NCBI RefSeq assembly: GCF_009914755.1
Contig: NC_060930.1
Direction: 5' to 3' (one strand)
Origin: the human T2T-CHM13v2.0 reference genome, Homo sapiens
DNA: 64,000 nucleotides
Below, one piece after another: positions 28,779 through 42,459 of the stretch (its first letter is position 1; each line of letters starts with the position of its first letter). The position numbers and the translations under genes were made by a program. The notes beneath the pieces were generated by a model that saw nothing but the letters and a program-made list of their open reading frames with translations, was not told the DNA's origin and made no database searches.

Positions 28779-29951
28779 GAAAGAGAGACATTTCAAAATT
28801 GAACCTAAGACTCACGGTTTATCGCATGAGAACCCACAGCTCTCACAGAAACTCAAGAAATGTCTTAGTGAGGGGACTCAATCCTTTACACTTCGAGCTG
28901 AAAGGACGGCAGTCAGCCCAGCCAGGAGGTTACCTCAGCATAGACCAAGTAAATAAATCATTTGGTAGAAGCCATTTGAGAGTAAAGGTTACTAGAAAGT
29001 CATAAATCAACCAGCAAGTCGATGTATGGTTTTGCTAGAATGTAGGAGCAATTAGAAATTTTTAGAAATATTTCTTTAACTGTGCGTGACTTGAGGAAGA
29101 GGACTATGACCTAACTAACCAGTTACTATTATTATATCAAAATGAGATTTTAAAAAATACAGTATGGATTTAATGCCGGTTCACTTATTCAGTTTTATGC
29201 AGTTAAGTTGTTGTTTTTAGAACATTATGAAATTTCATTTCATGCCCCAATAAAACTAAACTAAAATGGAATGGGTTACAGCTTTTCCATTTGTTGACTT
29301 TTCTCTTTCAAACATCTTTGATTTTCCATTCATTGAACACACTTTTTAAGAATGCTTTGAATGTCATTCAAGTTACCCGTTTCTCCTGTCCCCTCCCCCA
29401 CCTGTCTCTAATGCAGTTTCCAAAGTGAACCAATCCTAACGGAACCTAATGATACCTTTGAGCACGTTTCTTAGTAACACTAGCACCTCTTTCTTACCTG
29501 CTTCTAATTCACATAATGGCCTTTCTAGCATTGGCTGATTGTTTCTTTTTCATTTCCCCTTTATCACTCCCACCCATGTCTTATCAAAGGGGAAGGCTGG
29601 TGGTTAATGGTCAGTGCATTGCACCACAATTTCATGCTTGTGCTGCATCAAAAGTCTAACCTGACAATCAGTCCCTTCTCTTCCATCTGACATCAGAAGC
29701 TTCTGCAGTTTCTCACAGCCATTGGCCATGAAAGTTCAGCTCAAGAAGTCATCGCAACTACCTTCATTTATAGCCTGTTGTTGACCTAAAACCTAATGCA
29801 TGTCAGTGCTCTTCTCTGTTTCTTCTCTCATGTCAGAAAAATTAAAATGTTTTAATTTTTTTCCCAGGCTGCATTTGCAAGTTTTAATATGTCTATAACA
29901 TTTTTATAGTATATCAGTATCCATATCAAACATTTAACTCTGTTACTCTGC

Positions 29952-29988
<37 letters not shown>

Positions 29989-30264
29989 TTTTTTTTGAAA
30001 TGGGGTCTCGCTATGTCGCTGCAGTGCGGTGGCGTGATCTTAGCTCACTGCAACCTCTGCCTCCCGGGTTCAAGCGACTCTCAGCCTCCTGAGTGGCTGG
30101 GATTACAGGCATGCACCACCATGCCCAGCTAATTTTTGCATTTTTAGTGGACACGAGGTTTTGCCATGTTGGCCAAGCTGGTCTCAAATTCCTGACCTCA
30201 AGTGATCCACCACCTTGGCCTCTCAAAGTGCTGGGATTACAGGCCTAAGCCACCGCACCCGGCC
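29952..30264 (-). mobile_element. AluS (Sx/Sz-like)
   Basis: Long T tail, both arms, ends cccggcc. Flanking repeat ctgcttttc. Confidence 0.9.
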
Positions 30265-32200
30265 TACCCCTGCTTTTCAAAGTCATAGCCATGATACCCA
30301 GGGATTTTTCCCTCACATGGTCCTGGTGTCTACTGACATTAGCTTATCAATTTCAAACTTTCCTTAAGCAAAACAAATGGGCCTCCTATACAAATGGGAA
30401 GGTTGCAGTTTCATCTCATTTTTTCTTAGAGTTTTGCCTGGTTAAAGCAATTTGGATGTTTTTAGATATTCACACTGTCTTATTTAGTGTGCAGTTGCAA
30501 ATCTGATTTTTAACAGGGAGAGAAGGAAGAGGTAGGGCTGTTAATTTGCATTCCCCTAAGACTGAGTACTACCAGTGGGCTACAGGTTGCCCAGATAAAG
30601 TACATTTAATTTTAAAGTAACATTGCAAACTCTCCCAGTAGAATTGACAGCATCCTTGGAACTTCATTTCACACTTTCCTGACTTGGGAATGGTTATTTT
30701 GAGTAGCACCTCCTATTAACCTAACTTCTTAATGCCTGGACAGAAGGTTAAATATCTCACTTATCTACATGTTCGGCCTCCATGAACAGCTGCTTCATTC
30801 ACAGCCCTTCAAGGGTTTATCAAAATTTCCCCATGTTTAACATTCCAGAGAGAACATCCAGGTTGTTGGCTCTTGAGACTCACCATTGGTTCACTCACTG
30901 AGGCTGATGATTGTGACTAATATAATCTTAAAACAAAAAATGCAATAGGATACATTCTGTTAAAGAAAATGCATTTTGAATTAACTATAAAAATACAAAG
31001 TTCTGTGATAGCCCTATCTGAGTACCCAGTTCATAGAATCCAAAAATGAGAAAAGATTTCGTCTCCGTGATTGTAGTCATCATGTGGTGTAATTTGCTAA
31101 GAATTTCAAGTGCACTAAATGTTTTACGAGCAACCATACTCCCATATTAAGGGCACTGCTGTACTCCTTTACATTCTCAGAGTCAGGAGATGCAGGATTT
31201 TCAAAAGGCCCTGTGCATTTTGAAACTTTAGCAAGGTAGGTGATAGATTGATTTCATGTAACAATAAAATAAATGTCTTAAAGTTTCAGGATCTCTGACA
31301 ATAGAAGATAAGTGGTATCTTAGAGTTGGCAGAATTGAAGACCTTATCAGCTATAAGAAGAAAAGTTACTGCTCAATATCTGAAGCTGCCATTGACCTTA
31401 GGGAAACAAGCAAAAAGGCACATGATCGCTTATGAACAAGGATGTGCATCTGATATTATTGAGTCATAGAAACAGAAAACCCAATCATCTAACAGTAGCA
31501 GATGGTTATATGACCTTTAAGGCATCTATAAAATGGAGCATATAAAAACACATTGCAAAATGTAATTGGTAATAATTAAAGATATAGGAGAAATGGTCAT
31601 GGTTAGTTAAATTTTAAAGATGATAAAACTAAATAAACAATATAGCACAGATGTGTTTTACAATGAATAGGCATAAATAAGAAAAAGACTAGAAGGAAAT
31701 GTACTACTACAGTAATAACTGTGGCTTGATTAAAAGTTATTTTATATTCTTGTTTTCCTAAGTTTCCTAAAAACTTTACTATGTATTTGCATATGTGTAT
31801 ATGTACATATAGGTAAGTATATACATATATCTGCACATCATGTATACATGTACATAGTATGTTTATATGGGTACATCACAATCAGAAAAATAAATGTTTA
31901 TGTTTTAAATTATTTTTCTCCAAGAAATAAGGTTTAAAGCTCAAAGCTTATAAACTTCCCAAGGGCTTTCTGATGATCCTGTGTGGATCTAGATAGTAGC
32001 TTGATCTGTACGAAACCCCAGAGAAGAAAAAGTAATAGACCAACATGAAAAAATGAGACAAAGAACTGTCCTGTGGTCATATCACCATCTGTGGAGTGCC
32101 CAGAGTGACGGTGTCAGCAACTGGCTTTAACATCATCAGGGCTAGATGTAGGTAATGAAGTGTGATTTCAGGAGAGGGCCTCCTCCCTGCCAAAGGAGGA

Positions 32201-32201
32201 G

Positions 32202-32249
<48 letters not shown>

Positions 32250-32258
32250 CGCGTGTGT
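32201..32258. repeat. (GT)n/(GC)n alternating purine-pyrimidine tract
   Basis: Direct reading. Confidence 0.9.
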
Positions 32259-32754
32259 CTGTGTGTAAGAGAGGGAGAGAGAGAAGTACCCTAGGCCTGC
32301 AAATGCCACACAGACTATGAGGAGTAGAGAAAAAGAATCCTGTCCATAAAGCAAAAGCAGAGCTTATGAAATTGTCAGATACCAAAAGAATTTAGAACTG
32401 CTGCAATAGTATTTCTCTTGATCTTCTTTATCCAGATGAAAAACCAGTTTGATCAGGATATCCTTATCAGTCACTGGGTCTGGCCTTCATAATACGATTT
32501 CAAATAAAGTAACAAACGTAATAAAAACACATTTCTCAATACTTATATCAAATTAAAAGTATATTTTAAGAAAGAGATACATTTTGTTGATAAAGACATA
32601 GTAATTCTCCCAATAAGTTTTTTTTAGAAGTAGATATTTTTAAACAGAAATATCTGCTTCAATTGTTGTTGTGAAAATAAATCCTTCTTTTATTGCCATC
32701 CTCATATATAAGCCGGTATTTTAGTGGTAAAAACTGTGCTGAGGAAAACACACA

Positions 32755-32845
32755 CGTAGCACATACTTTCAAACAAATTTTACCGTAGCACATACTTTCA
32801 AACAAATATGTATTTACCGTAGCACATACTTTCAAACAAATATGT
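32755..32845. repeat. Three copies of cgtagcacatactttcaaacaaat (periods 29 and 34)
   Basis: Copies start at 32755, 32784 and 32818. Confidence 0.95.
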
Positions 32846-33640
32846 CAGCTTTTTAATGGTCTGGGCCATGATGCCGAACTTGGGGAGAAAAGAAACATAG
32901 CAACTTGCCCTTCATTCGGTAAATACAGGCAGCAGGGAAAGCCAGGAAGCCAGAGCTGCTGACTTAGGGGGGTGGTTGTGGAGGGAACTGAAGCCACCCC
33001 AGGACTCATTACCCTCAGCGTGTGTGTCTGGGCCAGGAGGAGTTGAGCTTGGCCATCTCCTCCAGCCCTGTCATGTTCAAGTCTAGGCATTAGGATCTGA
33101 GGGTGAGGTTGGGAGGCTCCCACATCAACAGAAGCTGGGATGCTGATCAGCAACTCATGAACCGAAACCTCTACAAGTGTCGGGCCCTTCCGGTGATTTG
33201 TTGCACATTAAGTTTGTCCGGCAGGGTGTTCACCTGGCTCTGCAGAAGGACACGAAAGGTGGACATCTGCGGCCATCAATGCCACCTCCTTGTGATCCCC
33301 CTTTCTCTCCCTCCTGTGGTGCCCCACTGTGAGGAGCATCCTTCCCATCCGCAGTGAAACAGAGATCTCCAGATTGCCCAGGAAGTTGTTGGAAGGATTG
33401 CACATTTGCTTCTCCCTTTATTGTGTACTCCTTCTAGAAGAAAGAGCCTGTGTTTTTAGCTTTTATTTTATTTTATTTCTCTTATTTCCTGGAATCAAGC
33501 ATTGAGCTTAGTCGGTGCTCAGTACAGCATTGATGACTAAGCAAAAAGAATCCAGGCAAGAAAATAACTAACTACCACCACCGCCCACCCCCGCTAGCAA
33601 TTTCAGCAGATTCTGAGCATAAGTAGTGTGGAGTTGAATC

Positions 33641-33685
33641 CCCCAGGCAATAACCTAGAAGCCCCAGGCAATAACCTAGAAGCCC
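33641..33685. repeat. Perfect 21-bp tandem duplication ccccaggcaataacctagaag
   Basis: Copies at 33641-33661 and 33662-33682. Confidence 0.95.
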
Positions 33686-36600
33686 GTCCAACAGCTGCCC
33701 TCATCTCCAATTCCATGGGGTTAGGACCCGCCTCCGTGATGTTTCTGAAAATGCATTCCTCCTCCGGGCTGATTTCCATTCCACAGGGGCCCAGTGCCCT
33801 GGTCTTGGTGGGCCCTCAGCGACCTACCCCACACAGACCAATACTTTCTCTTCCTGGTTCCTTTTACTGTGTTCCCTGCTTCCAAAAATCCAAGCAAAGT
33901 GTGTGCATTAGAAACCCTTCATTCTCTTTCATCAAAGGAACCTAGCAGTTTCTGCATTTTTAAACAACAAGAAAGTAAATCATGAACTTTTACTTGGCTA
34001 CATAGATCAAAGATTCTCTTGAAGGTCCAAGTGATCTCAAATTATTTTTAATTATTTATATTTCCAGATCTGAATAAAAGACTGCAAAACACACCCCAAA
34101 AGTTTTCTGTTTACTTTATCAACCCTCAGCACCAAGGCAGCCATGAAGTGCTTTTTGTTCTTTTCTCCCTTCATGGCCATACCACCAGGAAGGTGGTCTT
34201 AACATGCCATCGATCATATCTGAGTGGCAAATGTAGCGCTGGCCCGGCCAGCCCAGCACATATCGCTGTGAGCCGCAGTGACACACATTCATTTCCGCTG
34301 GAGGCAGCCCTAGGGAGTCCGGCGGCCCTGCAGCTGTATTTCATCTCTTTGAACTGTATGGCCTCCCCTATAATTCAGGAAATGAGTTTACTCTATCTGT
34401 GACAAGCATCATGTTCACACAGTTTTGGGAGCGGCCAGCGTGGTGCAGGGCTGTATGGGAATGGAGGTGGCAGGCGTTTGCCAACCCTGGGGAGTACACC
34501 GACGGTACTTCCTCTCCCACTGCCGAGTGCTCCACTTGACCGTGACTTTCGGCACACCTGTTGCCTGAGAAAGTGTGCTTTATCCCCGTGTGCTGGGAAT
34601 CTCTGGCTGTAATCTAACCTGAGATGAGTAAGTCAGTTTCTTAGACAGGGCGCTTCTTAAAACAGCAAGGCCTCTCAGTTGATCACCACTCAGCTCCCCT
34701 GAAGCTGTAGAACTGGTGCCTGTCTTTTGTCCATGCTTATTTTTTTTCGCTGGTAAACTTTGGCCCCTCTTTTGGTTGTTATTAAACTAGTATTTGTTTG
34801 GTGCACATAATCTCTGCTGGACCAGGTTAAAACAAGTGCAGATTGTTAAGGGAAGAGGGCTCTGGTCAGCGCGGAGTGTGCATACACTCGGATCAAGGAA
34901 AGGAATGCCAGAGCCAGCCCAGCATCAAAATACACTGCAAGTTGGTGGTGAGCTTTTGTTATTTTGCGTATGGTTAACCATCTCGGAGGTCATAAAGCGA
35001 GGCCTCTGTCCTCCGGTGCAGCAGCTGGGTTTATACAGTATTTCCAGATTGTTTATTCTGGCCCAGAGCCAGGGCTACATCGTTTTTCCATTATGCATGT
35101 TTGACAGATGAAGAGAGGTGGGAAGTGGGACTCCCAGGAACAGGTCTGTGATTTCCTTTCTATTTACATTAAAGGGACTTTTAGGAGTACTGAAGATTAT
35201 GAACCAGTTCAAACATATGTCAATGCAGCAGAGGTAGAGAAGCTGCTATGTTTGCAAAAAATGTTCAGATCTTGGGCAGTAAAACAAAATCAAAGCAAAA
35301 TCTTGGGCAGTGAGCACATCGTGCTTGTCACTGCCCAGTCTTGCATGCAGACAGGTTACTGGCGAGTGATATTTATCATTCACATCCAGAAGTTAAGCTC
35401 CCAGTGTTTGTTTGGCAGGGCATTGGGAGGAGCCCCTGAGTTGGCAAACCAGAATCTGTGTGCAATCCACTGACATATGCATTTCATGCAGATGGGTGTG
35501 CCTGGTGCCGGGCAGAGATGTGTTTCCAAGGTCCCAGTAGAACTTTTTCCCTGCAGCCTTTTCCCTGAGCCACCAGCTTTCTGTGGATACTCCCAAAAGC
35601 CCGGGCTAAGTTCTTCCACCAGGAAGTGTTCAAGACTGACCAAAGAGCCACAGTTCACATTGTATCCACAGCAAAGTCCTTGGCACATAGGTCAAATGGA
35701 TGTGATTGAATGACTGTTTTCCTTCTAAATAAAACACTTTCATTTTGCTAATGGAGAAACATCACTAAAAAGTACCAAAAGTGATGGCAAATTAAGTAAC
35801 TGACCAGCATTCATACAGCAAAGTCAGGTCACACAAATAAATGTCTTTTTACCCAACAGTGTTTGAATCTTCAGTTAATGGCTGGGGTAAATATCACACC
35901 CAGCACAAATTCATTAGCTGCAAGACGGTGGCTTCTACATAGCTATTTGTGTTTGTGGTGAACCTTCCTTATCATGGCATGTCTTAAGCTTGGCTAAGTA
36001 TTTGCAAGCGTTCTGTCACCATAACATAATGTTCTTCAACAGAGTGGCTAAGAAAAGCAAATACCACTACCTCTCCAGAACAACCTGTGATCCAAACCTT
36101 CTCTGTCAGCCTACTATCCAGAAATTCAATTTCCAGAAATGGAAAGTTTGCTCAGGAAGGACCCTCAACTAAGGAAGGAATTTAGCTAAAAAGTGAAGTA
36201 TGCATAGTCAACACTGAAAGTTGCCCTTTGGGTTAATCCAGTCTTGCAGATGGATTTAAAATACAGGTTTCAAATCAACAAACATTTATGGAGGGTGGTT
36301 AGGTGCCAGGCATGGAGCTGGACACTGGGGAACTAAAAATGAAAAAGACACAGTCCCTTTCAGTGTGAAAACATTTTTGCTGGCTTGCAAGTTTTTCACC
36401 AGATCCTCCCAGACTTACCAAAGCATTCCCCTCATCTTAGAACACTCAAGCCCTTCTTTTCAATGGATTCCCTGAATGCCAGAATACACACAGGGCAAGG
36501 AGAAGTGGGTGGTTATAGATTTCCACTCAATTTGGAAATTAACAGCCTGTGGTGTAGCAAAAAGGTGCAAGGCTGAGAATCAGAAAGCCCACTTTCCAGT

Positions 36601-38089
36601 GCTTGGACTGAAATGTCCTGGCTGTACAGCCTTGAGCTGGTCTTGTGACCTCTGGGGCCCTTGGTATCTGTAAGTAAAATGGGTACTGGGAAGATTGAGC
36701 AAGGTAGTGAGGGGCGATGTGAAAGCGCATTAATCCACAGAGCCCTATGAAAATGAGAGGGATGTGCTTCTCTGCAGGACTTGTATGAGAAGTTGCACTG
36801 TTCGGGCTACTATTTGTAAAGTTTTAATAATACAGAAAGCAGCCCCCTCCTGGCCTCATGCCAGGTTTTATTCTCTACCAACATTGGGTGGCCAACTACA
36901 GATTTTTATGTCACTGGGGGCCAGCTGTTAGAAGAATCTCCACTCAGGACCGTAACTACTCTGTAGTGTCCCTGCCACTCCCTCCCCAGGGACAGCGCAG
37001 AGCCTGGAAGTCTATCCCCCTGTGGCCCTGACTCTATGGCTGATTGGACATGTCTATAAAGAAAAAACAATCTCTATTGTGTTCTTTAAATAGAAAGCTC
37101 AAAGTTTGTTTTTTTACTTTGTTTTCCCTCTTCTGAACACTTCATAGCTCAAAACCAGTGCCTATTTTGAGGAAATTTTCAATAGTTATCATAAAATTAA
37201 CTAAGGGAATTATTTGACCAATCCCTAAAGGTAATAAGAAAAAACTTTTTAAAAAAATATCAAAAACATCCTGAAGCCACAGCTTCTTTTTGCCAAAAAG
37301 TATTGATGAATTAAAGTAGAGAGGCAGAAAAATGTGCCTTGCCAGCACTATTGGTCCCAAAAGGCAACCAAACCACAAAGTTAAACACTGAAATGTACAG
37401 ACCCCAGCCAGATGGGAGGGTAGACTGCTTCTCGCTAAGGACCCAGCATTTGTGGGTCTCCTAGGAATTTCTGTGAAACTCCTTCAGATACTGCCTTTGT
37501 GCCCAGCTGTCTGTCTCCATCTCACAGACACAGCCAAGCCTTCCTTGAATCTGACAGCACCCTCGTCCTTCTGATGGTTTCTTTTGTTCCCTCAAGAAGC
37601 CTGTACAGAGGAGAACTGTGTTTCCCCAGGTGCTGAGCTGTGGAAATACAAAGATAAATGGGGTATCGCTTTTGTCCTGATCACTCAGTATAAAAAGCCT
37701 CTTTGGAAGAACAGCTAAATGAAACCTGGTGGAGATGTTAAGAATAAAATCTAGAGAAAATTTTTTAGGAGGTGGATAGTGCCTCAGAGGCCTCCTAAAA
37801 GTTTTCCATCTCTTGATTGAAACACACACAGAATCTATACTCTCAGACGTGCACACACAGCACATACGGCAAATCTTCATGATCTTATAGTAAGTATGAA
37901 AGACCCAACTCCATGCAGAGTATTTAAGATAAGCCCAATAAGCCTGGTCTCCCTGGTGAGGATTTCTGACCAAACAGAAGAAATGTTGACTCCAGCAAAT
38001 GAATCAGAGTGAGATGCCCTCTCTGCCCCCATGGTGACAAGCCTTGTGAGCAGGCATCTCCCTTAGACTGTGAGCTCCATCCACTCGTC

Positions 38090-38321
38090 AGCAATGTGGA
38101 GAGTTAAGAACCTGGGCTCATTAGTCAGACTTCCCCACACCCAACTTCGGGCTTCACCACTTACCAGCTGTGTGAGCCTGCACAAACTTCTAAATTCCAA
38201 TGCCACAGCTTTAAATGGTGATAATAAGAAACCTCTACAGCACTGGGAGCTTTATAAGGATTAAATGTGTGTTTAGATATCTTACAATTCTTGGCACAGA
38301 GAAAGCTCTCAAAGTGCCAAC

Positions 38322-38352
<31 letters not shown>
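38090..38352 (+). mobile_element. MIR with (GAT)n tail
   Basis: gagttaagaacctgggctc...ccacttaccagctgtgtgagc...aggattaaatg. Confidence 0.75.
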
Positions 38353-38609
38353 GCCCCATTCACTGCAACAATTCCTGTGCGTGGTGCAGAATAGCTATTC
38401 AACAAATCTTTGCAGAAAGAGGGAAGGAAGATGATATTGGGCACACCAGTGAGGCCTAATTGAAGCCTTGATTTTGACGAGAAGCACTTACTCTCTAGGT
38501 TTATGAAAGCCTGAATTTTAGAATCTTTAAAGCAGAAGCATAAAACTCGACTTTCTATAACAGCCAGTCAGGTAACATAAAAGAATGAACCGGCATTTAG
38601 AGTCTGAGG

Positions 38610-38824
38610 CAAACTGGAAAGCCCTGGCCTCTTTCACGGGGGCAGTCACACTTGGCTCCAGAAGAATGTAGCCGCCCTTTGAGAAAAGCCAGAAATCCAG
38701 CTTTCCATGTGAAATAGACCAAGCCTTACAACAACTGAATCCATTTCTAAAAAAAAAAATACCCCACGGGCCAAACAACACATTGCCTGCCAGTCCGATC
38801 TTGGGCTGCCTTTTTGCCACCCTG
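38610..38824. mobile_element. hAT-Charlie remnant (MER102-like)
   Basis: aaagccagaaatccagctttccatgtgaaat...gggccaaacaacac...tttgccaccctg. Confidence 0.5.
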
Positions 38825-39389
38825 TCTTAAAGGGAGGAGCTCTGTATTCGTCTCTTTCTTTTAAAATGTTTATCAGTGGGCACAAGAGACATGAGCCCCT
38901 TGAAGTTACTCTCAGTTCCTGCTAGGATCAGAGAACGCTCATGGAGTGAGGTCTTCACTTCTTCATGGTTAATCCGACAGTATGTGCTCACCTAACGAGG
39001 GCTTCTTCCCTTCCCAAGGAATGCTACTAATAAGTATAGATTTTTAAAGCATAATTGTTTTGTGGCTGAAATAACAACAATTATTTGAAAAAAAATCCTA
39101 ACAACTTCCTCTAGAGCTGCTATTATGGCAGTCTGGAGAGAGGCTGATTCCATAGTCCATGTAGCTTTGTTTTGTTTGGATGGAAAGTCTGGCATTTTAC
39201 AAAAATGTGGAAAACTTAGCAATGGAATGACTTTTCCATAGCACCGATTATCGTACAGCAAGACACACATCCATATGTCTTTGAAATGAGATTTTTAAGA
39301 ATTCTCTGCTTATTATACAAGACAAACCACCTCTGGTCTTTCCATATGAAGGTGATAGTTTTCTACAGGCTCATGAAAGCTGCCCTGGT

Positions 39390-39630
39390 TATGGTGCAGT
39401 ACTTAAAGTTAGGGAAAAATCTCAACATAGATGGGGACCCAGATTCAAATTCGTTTTTTCACTTACCAGCCAGCTATGTGACCTTGGGTAAGTTTCTATT
39501 TCTCCATCTGCAAAAGAGGGGTCATGATATTCACCTCACAGGGTTATTGAGAATATCAAATAAAATAATGTATATGATGATCCAAACTCATAATGGGTGT
39601 TCCCCATCAATATTGGTTGAATCTGAGTCT
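39390..39630 (+). mobile_element. MIR
   Basis: cagctatgtgaccttgggtaagtt...tttctccatctgcaaaa...cacctcacagggttattgaga. Confidence 0.75.
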
Positions 39631-40529
39631 CTGTTTCTCCTGGCACAAAATAGCACTCCTGTTTCTGACCGCAACATAACCCTCTGGCAATGTCATTAAC
39701 CTTATTAAATTTGGCAGCTCTGTGGAAAACGAAGGTCAAAAAAGCTGTCATTGTTTATATAAACTGTTCATTTTGTTGTTCACAGTGCTATGAGGACTAA
39801 AGGATAGAGGGTTGGATGCTGCCACCCAGGGAGTAACCAGGGAGAAGGGAAGAGGCTGGAACAGAGCCTGAGGAGGACTGGTCTTTATAAGACAGGCTGG
39901 GAAAGAGGAGGGCGTAGAGAAGATGGAAAGGGAGTGATCAGAGAGAGGTGAGGGTGCCAGGAAAACACTGTTGCAGATGCAGGGGTTTCAAAATGGAGTG
40001 TGTGGCCCACAGTGTGATGGGGTCATGCTGTGAGGCGCCCTCTGAGCTACCAACAAGGAAGCGAGAGTAACTGAATGGAGTACAGAAGGAACAGAAAGCA
40101 GGTTTTGGTGAGTTCAGTCACGTACGTAAGCTGAAAATGTTACAACAAATGTAGACAGCTCTTCAGGAAGTTGGGCTGTGATGGGGAGGAGAGAGAAAAG
40201 ATGAAAGAGGGAGGGTGCATGAGACAAGGGTTTTTTCAAGAAGGGAAGTGAGTTTTGATGGCAAGGAGCCAGTTGAGAGGGAGAGGTTGACAATGAAGAA
40301 GAGGGGGTGGATGAGGGAGAGAAGGAAACTCCAAGGAGGCAGGGTGGGTAGACAAATGAAGCAAGAATTGGATATTAATGCAAAACTAGAGCTTGGGGAA
40401 ACATTAGATCCCATAAGAATCTGCCAAACCAGCTGATACTGACCCTCATGTTTAGACGGGGGATTTAGGGAGGGATTAAGAAGAGTAAGGAAGACTGAAG
40501 TAACTGAAATACACGAGACAATCTGTTGT

Positions 40530-41293
40530 TATTGGAGGGGTAACAGGAAAAGCTTCTCCTCCACCCTCTGAAGCTTACTTGAAAATGAACTTACAATAGG
40601 CAGATTAACAGGAAAAAAAGGAATAAAATTTATTAATATGCATGAAACTGAGCATGGTAGCTCACTCCTGTAGTCCCAAATACTCAGGAGGTTGAGGGGA
40701 GGATCGCTTGAGCCCAGGAGTTTGAGGCTGCAGTGAGCCACCACTGCACTCTAGCCTGGGCAACAGAGCAAGACCCTACCTCTTAAAAATAAAATGCTAC
40801 ACAGGAGAAAATCACAGGAGAGTGGTTACCTCATAACCCAGGGAGGTCCAGCTTTTTTCTATACCTTTCTTCATAGGGAAAGGGGAAATGGAGGTTAAAT
40901 GTGGCAATTTTGAAGAGTAGTAAATGATATTTAAGGGGAATGAATGGGCCCAATGCTCAGACAATGGAAGGTAAATAATTCTCTTTGGGAACTGAATGGG
41001 ACCCAAGAACAGGCAATAGTTTGGGACAACGTTCATCTGAGCTCTGAGTGTGGTGTTTAATCTTCAGTCCCTTCCTCTGTGACATGAGTTTTGATCTTCT
41101 CTGGTTAATGAAATTTTAGGGGAGGTGACTGAAGGCAATTTTGTTCCTCTTTGGCAGGTCCAATTTCTAGGTAGATAAGGGAACTTCAGAGAACAGCTTC
41201 ATCCAGGATGTACTGGTCTCCAATGGCCTTCAATTTGAAATATCGCCATACCAAGTTGCCATATTTGGCGGTCACCCTCCCTGGATCCTTAAC
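40530..41293 (-). mobile_element. ERV1-class solo LTR (MER4-group-like) with an Alu monomer inserted at ~40648-40795
   Basis: aggcagattaacaggaaaaaa...tttatt (reverse poly(A) signal) and a terminal ccaagttgccatatttggcggtc motif. Subfamily is uncertain. Confidence 0.6.
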
Positions 41294-42149
41294 TATTCAA
41301 GAAAGGATCTTTTAAAGCTCTTGCCTTGTAGCCAAACATGAAAAAGTCCCCCTTCCCTCTTGTCTTAAAAGTCTGTCCTCTCTGTGGAGTGTTCTAGCAA
41401 ACATAGGGCTGAGCCTCCTCATGTTCTGACTAGCACTATCAAATAGCCAAAGCACTTTTGTCAGGCTGGTAAGGTGACATGCAATTAAAATTTGGTTGGA
41501 AAGGCTACCTGGGATCTTATCAAATATCAATCTTATTAAAGACCTCTCATTACTGTATAAAAGTTGGATAAGATATGTCAATGTAGGGGGCTCTGAGTGA
41601 AATCATAAGAGCCAGTACTTTCCAGTCATAGAGTCGATGGAGTGCACTGGGATTTTAGATGCTGGTTATCACCAGAAGTCTGTCGTTTTCCGAACATGGT
41701 AAATACTAGGTCAATTTCTGCCTGGGATAGAATGTTTCCTACTGGAAACACAAAATTAAAAGTTTAATCTAAATAAACCACCAGGACGCAGTTTTACCTC
41801 TCAGGTGGAACTCTGCAAATAGTGGTTGTTGGGGTGGTTTTCATCACTGACTCTGAGTATTGGACCCAGAGATGATCGTGCCCAATTTTTTTTTAATCGG
41901 CCCTTTTCTCCTCCCAAACTATAAAGCCATTAGCCATTCCCTCCAAAACACCTGCCAGTTTCCTGTGAGATCGGTTGTTAAGTTTGGGTGCCTCAGTCAG
42001 CATGAGGAGTAGTAGGCTCTAGGCCTGGACATTGACCATTATGCTCTACCACACTGTGAAGAAAGGTGTGAGAAGCAGTAATAGCCCTCTCACCTGTCCA
42101 CACCAAGAAACAACACAGCAAAAGCACAGCAGCTGATTGTCATGAGGAG

Positions 42150-42332
42150 CCTCCTACCTCTGCCACTTTCTGGCTGCATGACCTTGAATGAGTTATAGCC
42201 TTGGCCTCAGTTTCCTCATGTATAAAATGGCTCTTCCATCAAGGGGTTATTGTGAGGATTAAGTATGATTGTGTGTACAAGTGCTTAGCTCAGTGCTTGC
42301 TACACATTAGTTCCCATTAACTGTAGCTGTTA
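42150..42332 (+). mobile_element. MIR
   Basis: atgaccttgaatgagtta...gcctcagtttcctcatgtataaaatgg. Confidence 0.8.
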
Positions 42333-42459
42333 CTATAAAAATATACCACAAAGCATTAGGCTCAGCCAGGACTGTCACCATCTCGCACCATATCAGTTAA
42401 CTAATCGTGCAAATATGTCCTGGTTCTTTTCACTTGTACTTGAAGGACACAATATCACA

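Noticed and set aside
32755-32845. CRISPR-like repeat-spacer array
   Set aside because: Eukaryotic intron, spacers of only 5-10 nt that are related to each other, and no cas genes.
37461-37973. 170-aa minus-strand ORF
   Set aside because: No recognisable homology or exon context, and the length is reachable by chance in 64 kb.
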